From Octopus sinensis (Eukaryota): DNA of 17,681 nt. The stretch covers positions 1-17,681 of the forward strand of contig NW_021824901.1 of the NCBI RefSeq assembly GCF_006345805.1, in the 5' to 3' direction. Under the pieces are notes generated by a model. The model was not told the origin of the DNA and did not search any database. It saw only the letters and a program-made list of their open reading frames with translations. Each line of letters begins with the position of its first letter. The stretch's first letter is position 1. Shown here piece by piece: positions 10,148 to 17,681 of this stretch. Made by a program: the position numbers and the translations under genes.

Positions 10148-10619
10148 TACCGTGACAAAGCAAACACAAAAAAAGGAAAAAAAAAAAGGAAAGAAACTAA
10201 ACCTTTATAAAACGGAAATATTAAAAGAAAAAGTATACAGTTAATGAACAACTCTACTTACCACGAACGTGGCTCGAGTCAATCCAGAGACTCAATGTTC
10301 ACAAATGTGGCTCAAACGATTGTAGTGTTTTAGTGTTCACGAATATGACTCATGTGAATCGAGGGATTCATTGTAAATACAAGCTGCAATATTGCCGTGA
10401 AAGATAATAATTATGCCCATTGTGAGTTAAATTTGAATAAATTTCTTTTTGAGGATCTAAATACACCTTCTCGGACAGAATAGGACGCTAGACTACTGCA
10501 GTTTTTCTTTCTTTTTGTTTTTTAAGACTTATCAGAAAAAAAAAATGATAGGTGTACTATCGACTAATGTATTAAGTAAGATATCTATATTTATTCGTAG
10601 GGGAAAAAATATAGCGAAA

Positions 10620-11800
10620 CTGGTTACCACCAATGAACGAGCTGATGGTCGTTATCTAATGGAATGTCGAGATTATATCTTGTCTAGTCAGCAACCGACT
10701 TCTTTATGGAAATCAAGAAAAACAAACTGTATTTGGCAACTGATTAGAACCGACAATCTTCTGGGTTTCATTGGATGTATTGATATCTATAATTTATGAA
10801 TGGAATGATAACACTGTTAGCCATCCCTTCTCGTCATAAGCATTTTACTACGTTTTCACACAAAGCCAATTTCCTGATAGTAAATGTTATCAGTTACTGT
10901 ACTTGTCATTGAAGAGTGGACAGTAGTCTTTGCTGACCTAGTTGGTATTATGTAATCGTATAACGAACAGAGGGCGCAGTTGATCGTATCCTCAAAAGAC
11001 ATTTACAGTTATGTAGTCCAATTTACATCACCCTGACTTTAAATGAGAAAAAAAAATCATCAGAGAACGGATCGCATATGTCAGAGGCAGATTGTTTCAG
11101 TTGTTTACAACACCTCACTTTTGATGGTTACGAACTTGGAGTAATGATAGAATTATCTACGCAGTTGTATTCTTACAACATGGATGCCTGAACCAGAGAA
11201 CGACCGTTAGACAAATGATCTACTTTCGATCGTTAGACAAATAAACTACTTTCAAGTGACGGTTATGATATTTTGAAATTCATGCCAGTTCGTTCCAATA
11301 ATCAAGTGGAAGTTTTTAATTACAAAGCTTTCGATAGGGTCGACAATTAGTAGCTAGCACGGTCCATCTGCAGTGAATTTCGATCCTATTTTCAGAGTGT
11401 GGAACGTTTTAAAAGTTTTTAATACAGAGTTGAGCTATGGTCAGACAAAATGTTCATTTACTGAGAACTGTTTGGAACCATACGCATAAATGTCCTCTTT
11501 CATCACTCATGGATGTTTCGGATTTTGAGCCAATGCTGTCTCAAACTAAGGGCGTTTGCGGGTCTTCCCATTCGAGCTAAGACGAAGAAAAGCTATCACC
11601 ATATGCAAACTACGTGAGCAACTGATAACGTTTACTATCAGGAAATTGGCTTTGTGTGAAAACGTAGTAAATGCTAATGACGAGAAGGGATGGATGTCAG
11701 GTACCACGGAAAATGCGATGGTTGGCAATCGTACAGAAGAAATATGTGGCACCACACTTTGTCCGATTTGATTCTACCTTGCGCTAAGGGTATACGATTC
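10620..11800 (+). pseudogene. Decayed reverse transcriptase of an L1/Tx1-type non-LTR retrotransposon (boundaries approximate)
   Basis: Colinear RT motifs on the + strand: ITL(T)LN (about 11027-11044), KAFDRVD (11324-11344), CPLSSLMDVSDFEPML (from 11491; cf. GCPLSPLLYVLALEPLL), and SPYANY (Y at 11602; decayed YADD, exactly 37 codons after CPLS in the same frame). Many stops and frameshifts. Confidence 0.85.
10821..10895 (-). repeat. 75-bp inverted copy of 11620-11693
   Basis: The reverse complement of 11620-11693 matches 10821-10895 with 2 substitutions and a 1-nt indel. Confidence 0.95.
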
Positions 11801-12159
11801 AGTAGATTACTCAGCCACATGTATACAAATTCAATGAACAGATCGTCCAGTTATAAGAAGCAAGTAAATACTCCTCGTCGACACCAACGGAGATACTTTA
11901 ACTTTACTAACTTTAGAATCAATTAGGTATAAACAAATATAAATAACATAAAACAGCATCTATATACGAATACATGTATATATATACATTATGTACGTAT
12001 GTATGTAAGCAGACACACATACACACACACACGTGCGCAAATATACACATATATATGTGGAAAACCGCTTATTATCAATTGGTCATCGTTATCAAAAAGA
12101 CTTCAGCCCGAAGTATTTACATTAAGTAACTCCTAATTTAGATTTGTGGGTTTGAATGT

Positions 12160-12226
12160 GTGTGTATATGTAGATATATATATATTTATATATATATGAG
12201 TGTGTGTATAAATACCTACAGATACC

Positions 12227-12306
<80 letters not shown>

Positions 12307-12307
12307 A

Positions 12308-12356
<49 letters not shown>

Positions 12357-12366
12357 ATATATATAT
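12160..12366. repeat. (TA)n/(TC)n microsatellite block
   Basis: Directly visible. Confidence 0.95.
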
Positions 12367-12395
12367 GCACCAAGACATACCACATAGATATATTC

Positions 12396-12561
12396 ACGAT
12401 AGGCCTCTTTCCATTTCCTTCTGCAAACTCTACTCACAAGGGTTTGGTCGGCCCGAGGCTTTAGTAGAAGACACTTGCCCAAGGTACCACACAGTGGGAC
12501 TGAACCCGGAGCCATGTGGTTGGGAAGTAAGCGTCTTACCACACAGCCATGCTTGCGCCTA
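12396..12561 (-). mobile_element. 5' half of SINE family A
   Basis: ACTCACAAGGGTTTGGTCGGCCCGAGGC...AGTGGGACTGAACCCGGAGCCATGTGGTTGGGAAG...ACCACACAGCCATGCTTGCGCCTA matches the family A head. Confidence 0.88.
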
Positions 12562-12564
12562 TTT

Positions 12565-12912
12565 ATATATATATAAAATTAGAAAAAAGCCACCTTTTAT
12601 CAATTCGAAATGAACAATTAAATTACACCATCTAGAAAATTACATATAATAGAAATATTCACATTAAAATAACAATAAAATGACAAAGATTAAGTAAATT
12701 GCAAAATAATAATAATAATAACGTATATAAATTTATATACGTTATTATTATTATTATTATTATTATTATTTTTGCAATTTACTTAATCTTTGACATTTTA
12801 TTGTTATTTTAATGTGAATATTTCTATTATATGTAATTTTCTAGATGGTGTAATTTAATTGTTCATTTCGAATTGATAATAGGTGGCTTTTTTCTAATTT
12901 TTTATATGTATA
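12565..12912. repeat. Spacer-less AT-rich palindrome, centre between 12731 and 12732
   Basis: Centre reads AACGTATATAAA|TTTATATACGTT. Arms 12575-12731 and 12732-12903 are reverse complements apart from 2 substitutions, (TAA)5 vs (TTA)9 and homopolymer length differences. Confidence 0.97.
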
Positions 12913-12990
12913 GTATATTGTGTGAAATTTGATTTAGTATCTCTAAATTGAATTTTTTTTCTTTGTAAGTTTTGGATTTTATTCCCTCAA

Positions 12991-13196
12991 ATATTAATAT
13001 ATATATACATACATACATAATACATATATATATCTGTCTATATATACATATACATAATATTATATATATGTCTGTCTATCACACATACATGTACTATATT
13101 AATATATATATACATACATACATAATACATATATATATCTGTCTATATATACATATACATATATAATATATATATGTCTGTCTATACACACATTAA

Positions 13197-13201
<5 letters not shown>
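12991..13201. repeat. Imperfect tandem duplication (period about 105 bp) within low-complexity TA/CA sequence
   Basis: ATATTAATATATATATACATACATACATAATACATATATATATCTGTCTATATATACATATACATA begins at both 12991 and 13096. Confidence 0.85.
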
Positions 13202-13242
<41 letters not shown>

Positions 13243-13968
13243 ATATAGAGAGAAGAGAGAGAGAGAGAGATAGATACCTATATATATATAATATATATAT
13301 ATATACATATACATTTATAATATATATACATATACATATATACATATATATATAGATATATGTATGTATGTATATACTTACAAACATATGTATATATGTG
13401 CCTACGTGTGGTTATAAACACGCTCTTATTTGTACACCTTGTTACACGCCTGCACTATACGCACCTTCTCACCCCAAGACCACTAGGTATAAACGGTTGT
13501 ATACCTATACCGACTCACCCAAGGTACGCGGCTTTTTTTAAGGTGTGTACTTGCATAGAGCCACAAACGCTTTGCTAAGCCGAGTCAAACATTGCAAATC
13601 TGTCGTTCCACTTAAAAGTATTGAGATTTGTGAGACAAAGGCTTGTTACCTGGCTGGCAATAAATCATCATGTTATTAGAGAGGATTTAATAAGCAAAGG
13701 TACATAATAGATTCGCATGATAGATTGGCGGTTTGTGTTCTTAACTCAGTGGACACAAGAGCCATATTCACCGAGCTACCCACCAACCGTATGCAATGGT
13801 GAATTGCAGTTATATTAATTTGTGTGTATGTGTATGTGTATGTGTGTGTGCCTCTGTGTGTGTATATATATATATACATACATATATATATATACACAAA
13901 CACACAAACATATATGACATTATATATATATATATATATATGTATATATAAACACATACATGTATGCT

Positions 13969-14026
<58 letters not shown>
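13969..14026. repeat. (TATC)n tetranucleotide microsatellite
   Basis: Directly visible; it truncates the adjacent SINE multimer. Confidence 0.95.
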
Positions 14027-14468
14027 AATACTGCTAAGCATTTCGCCCGGCGTGCTAAAGTTTCTTATTTCTTTATTGCCCACAAGGAGCTAAACAAAGA
14101 GGAGACAAACAAAGATAGACAAAGGGTTTAAGTCTATTACATCGACCCAGGTGCGTAACTGGTACTTAATTTATCGGCCCCGGAAGGATGAAAGGCAAAG
14201 TCGACCTCGGCGGAATTTGAACTCAGAACGTAACGGCAGACGAAATACCTATTTCTTTACTAGCCACTAGGGGCTAAACACAGAGAGGACAAACGGATTA
14301 AGTCGATTATATCGACTCCAGTGCGTAACTGGTACTTATTTAATCAACCCCGAAAGGATGAAAGGCAAAGTCGACCTCGGCGGAATTTGAACTCAGAACA
14401 TAGCGACAGACGAAATACTGCTAAGCATTTCGCCCGGCGTACTAACAATTCTGCCAGCTCGTCGCCTT
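14027..14468 (-). mobile_element. SINE family D multimer (two full units plus the start of a third)
   Basis: Minus-strand head AAGGCGACGAGCTGGCAGAATTGTTAG...GAGTTCAAATTCCGCCGAGGTCGACTTTGCCTTTCATCCTTTCGGGG. The core is repeated at about 14130-14249 and 14300-14420; unit junction at 14249/14250. Confidence 0.9.
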
Positions 14469-14898
14469 GTGATAGATTAATATCGAAGGCATTTAATGTA
14501 TACGTTATTACATGTTATATATGCCTAGTTAATCACTGATTTACTGATTTGAGAGCTAAAATTTAAACCAAATCCGACAACGCAACTGGAATCACGGATC
14601 TGTCGTTGCCAAGAGATTGCATATCCTGCAACATTAGTTTGCTTCAGTGAACGTATTTTGCTTTTATTTACAATTCACTTCCTTCTGTAATTGGACTGCG
14701 GCTATGCTTCGGCAACACCTGGAAGGGTTTGAGTTGAAGAAATCTAATTCAATACTTATTTCTACATTTTCAAGAGACTGGTACTGGAGCTGTAATAAAA
14801 CCATCACCACTTGACAGGTTGGGGGGACGTGTAACAAATCATAAACACACACACACACACACACACACAAACTCTCTCTTTTTCTCTTCCTTACTCAC

Positions 14899-14939
<41 letters not shown>

Positions 14940-14955
14940 TCTTCCTGCTCTTTAG

Positions 14956-15095
14956 ATTCTAAGTTCAAATTCCGCCGTTGTCGACTTTGCCTTTCATTCT
15001 TTCAAGTTTGGTAAAATGAAGTATAAGTAGAATACTGGGATTGATGTAATCAATTTGTCCCCTCCCTTCAAAACCTGCTGGCCTTGTGCCAAGAC
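14956..15095 (+). mobile_element. 5'-truncated SINE family D monomer
   Basis: TTCTAAGTTCAAATTCCGCCGTTGTCGACTTTGCCTTTCATTC... ending in the terminal tail GCTGGCCTTGTGCCAAGA. Confidence 0.8.
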
Positions 15096-15113
15096 CATAG
15101 TTTAATATTTTAA

Positions 15114-15728
15114 AAGGCGGCGGGTTGGCAGATTCGTTAGTACGCCGGGCGAAATGCTTAGCGGTATTTCGTCTGCCGTTACGTTCTGAGTTCAAATTCC
15201 GCCGGAGTCGACTTTGTCTTTCATTATTTCGGGGTCGATTAAATAAGTACCAGTTACGCACTGGGGTAGATAAAATCGACTTAATCCGTTTGTCTGTTCT
15301 TGTTTGTCCTCTCTGTGTTGTGTTTAGCCCCTTGTGGGTTGTAAAGAAATAGGCATTTCGTCTGCCGTTACGTTCTGTGTTCAAATTCCGCCGAGGTCGA
15401 CATTGCGTTTCATCCTTTCGGGCTCGATAAATTAAGTGCCAGTTACACACAGGGATCGATGTAATCGACTTAATTCCTTTTTCTGTCTTTGTTTGTCCCC
15501 TCTATGTTTAGCCCCTTGTGGGCAATAAAGAAATAAGAATAGTTAACGCGCCGGATAAAATTCTTAACGGCATTTTTTTCCTGTTACGTTCTGAGTTCAA
15601 ATGCCGCCAAGGTTGACTTTGCCTTTCATACTTACCGGTCGATAAAATAAAGTTGAAGTACTGGGTCGGTGAAATCGACTCACCCCTACCCATCAAAATT
15701 GTTGGCACTGTACCAAAATTAGAAAGAA
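15114..15728 (+). mobile_element. SINE family D trimer
   Basis: Three cores (GAGTTCAAATTCCGCC...GTCGAC type) near 15188, 15378 and 15593. Junctions at 15351/15352 and about 15540. The last unit ends in a tail resembling GCTGGCCTTGTGCCAAAATT (GTTGGCACTGTACCAAAATT). Confidence 0.88.
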
Positions 15729-15752
15729 TTATTTAATATTTCGTACTTGAAA

Positions 15753-15962
15753 AAGGTGCCGAGCTAACAGAATCATTAGCACATCGGACAAAATGCTTAG
15801 CAGTATATCATCCATCTTTATGTTCTGAGTTCAAATTCTGCCGAGGTAGACTTTGCTTTCATCCTTTCGGGGTCGATATAAGTACCAGTTCTACACTGGG
15901 GTCGACGCAGTTGACTTGGCCTCTCACCCGTAATTGCTGGCCTTGTGCCGAAATTTGAAACC
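15753..15962 (+). mobile_element. SINE family D monomer (diverged)
   Basis: AAGGTGCCGAGCTAACAGAATCATTAGCAC...GAGTTCAAATTCTGCCGAGGTAGACTTTGC...GCTGGCCTTGTGCCGAAATTTGAAACC. Confidence 0.85.
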
Positions 15963-15995
15963 AATATCTCGTATTATAATACTTACGGGGCTTGT

Positions 15996-16430
15996 AAGGC
16001 GACGAACTGGCAGAAACGTTTGCACGCCGGGCGAAATGCGTTGCGGTATTTCATCTGTCTTTACGTTCAGAGTTCAAATTCCGCCGAGTTCAAAGGTCGA
16101 CTTTGCCTTTCATCCCTTCGGGATCGATAAATTAAGTACCAGTTACGCACTGGTGTCGATGTAATCGACTTAATCACTTTGTCCTTATTTGTCCCCTCTA
16201 TGTTTAGCTCCATGTAGACAATAAAGAAATAAGAAACGTTAGTACGCCGAGCGAAATGCTTAGCAGTATTTCGTCTGTCTACGTTGTGAGTCCAAATTCC
16301 GCCGAGGTCGACTTTGCCTTTCATCCTTTCGGAGTCGATTAATTAAGTACCAGTTGCGTACTGGGAGTCGATCTAATCGACTGTTCCCTCCTCTCCAAAA
16401 ATGTCGGGCCTTATGCCTAGAGTAGAAACG
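15996..16430 (+). mobile_element. SINE family D dimer
   Basis: Head AAGGCGACGAACTGGCAGAAACG, two cores, junction AATAAAGAAATAAGAAACGTTAGTACGCCG at about 16220-16249, terminal tail GGGCCTTATGCCTAGAGTAGAAAC. Confidence 0.87.
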
Positions 16431-16503
16431 AATATTTACAAGCTTTGTATTGTATTGTATACGGTTTAGAAAACAAAAGTCCAAGTTATTTATTGGTTTA
16501 CAG

Positions 16504-16567
16504 ATATTGACTAGAAAAACCTGGCCATTGTCCACGCAATCATTCATACCAACAGCTCACCGCCTAC
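16504..16567 (+). other. Candidate 64-nt exon (unverified)
   Basis: Acceptor-like TTATTTATTGGTTTACAG and donor-like GTAATA. A single open frame, ILTRKTWPLSTQSFIPTAHRL. No recognised homology. Confidence 0.2.
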
Positions 16568-17681
16568 GTAATACATGGTTCTAGATAAGATGTTACGTTC
16601 CTTAAGAAATTCAATGACACTACCATAACTTATTGCATTTCATTATCAACATTAAATTCAAAGACATGATCAAAAGTATACGGAGTTTAAGATTATCAGC
16701 TTACAATAAAGAACAAAAATATTTAATAATGAAAATTTTACCGAACAGAAGACGTATTCAACTGAACTGAAATAAAAAAAAAAACACTTTCACTCACTAC
16801 GTGTCGATTCTTAAGATCCGCCCTTTCGTGATGTAATCATGAAAATGACAAATAGCTAATCATCCCTTTAAATGTAGTTTCTTCTTTCCAACAGTACAAT
16901 ATACTCAATATGTAGGGAGAGATTTACGTAAATTAATGGGTTATCATATCAGTTGGCGTATCGCAAGAAAATGGCGAATGTTTAACAAGATTTCAACGTC
17001 ACAAAAATTAGCTTGATTTTTACTGTCTAATCAACAAAAGAATAAAACAACAGATAAAAAACGACAAATACAACAATAAAAACCAACTAAAAATCATGTA
17101 AACAAGAACAATGTTATTTTATGTTCGTAATTCCATAACACTTAAATTGAGGTTCTGGATTTTATAACGCGAATTGCGGATACTATAACTGTATAAAGAT
17201 TTACAGATAAATAACACTAACAGTTTTACACGCCATATTTTCCTTCTCTTCCTTGAATAGTTGCTATTACAGTTTTATCGTATGTATGTCACATGTTCAA
17301 TCCTTCTTTTTCTATATCACAGCTAACATTTTAATTTATTTATTATGTTTTGTTTTCTTTATAAATACCCAAAAACTTATCGGCAGAAACGACGACGATA
17401 GAATAAAAAGGACAAAAACATGAAAACAAGGCAGTGTTCAGTTGAATTATGTTGCTATTTTTACATACAGGACACAGAGAGAGTGGGATACTTAAAATGG
17501 AAGTAGATTCCGAAACTACATCCGGTTATGTGTTGCCTTCGATTGAGGTGTAGGAAGTAGGCAGAAGAACGTTCGAGTTTTGTGACCAACAAAGACTATT
17601 TCTTTGCTACGTCGCAAGTCTTAAATCTTTGTAATATTCTGATTCCAGTAAGTCTATAAATTTAGTTCAAGGTATTCTTGG

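Noticed and set aside
11205-11255. Two-copy 26-bp tandem repeat (CGTTAGACAAAT..CTACTTTC)
   Set aside because: Small slippage duplication inside the dead LINE; too few units for an array or CRISPR.
10821-11693. The 75-bp inverted repeats as TIRs of a MITE
   Set aside because: No TSD, no known TIR terminus, and the enclosed and flanking sequence is one colinear LINE RT.
11642-11700. Open 59-nt segment with AG/GT borders (KLALCENVVNANDEKGWMS) as a host exon, with a faint SH3-like look
   Set aside because: It lies just after the decayed YADD motif of the LINE and matches the expected downstream LINE sequence. Kept only as a possible cryptic exon.
14027-16430. CRISPR-like or regular satellite array
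   Set aside because: Units are 200-240-bp SINE bodies with Pol III boxes, irregular spacing and both orientations; there are no unique spacers, and the context is eukaryotic.
2535-17497. Shared 15-mer GTGGGATACTTAAAA at 2535 and 17483
   Set aside because: No extension on either side; one 15-mer match in 17.7 kb of AT-rich DNA is compatible with chance.

Overview
Eukaryotic, AT-rich, repeat-dense intronic or intergenic DNA with no confidently identifiable protein-coding gene, rRNA, true tRNA or CRISPR array. The repeat families look like those of octopus (coleoid cephalopod) genomes; this is recognition from memory, not a database result. Most of the supplied ORFs are microsatellite or SINE read-throughs. 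Contents: (i) at least four tRNA-derived SINE families, including CORE-type SINEs, two copies with clean 11-bp target-site duplications, and a cluster of monomer, dimer and trimer forms of one family at 14.0-16.4 kb; (ii) a 686-bp hAT-like DNA transposon remnant with TIRs, an 8-bp TSD and a decayed dimerisation-domain fragment; (iii) a heavily decayed L1/Tx1-type LINE reverse transcriptase (about 10.6-11.8 kb) carrying a 75-bp inverted copy of its own downstream sequence; (iv) a near-perfect, spacer-less AT-rich palindrome of about 350 bp at 12.57-12.91 kb; (v) three microsatellite-bounded local tandem duplications; (vi) a few weak candidate small exons on the + strand.
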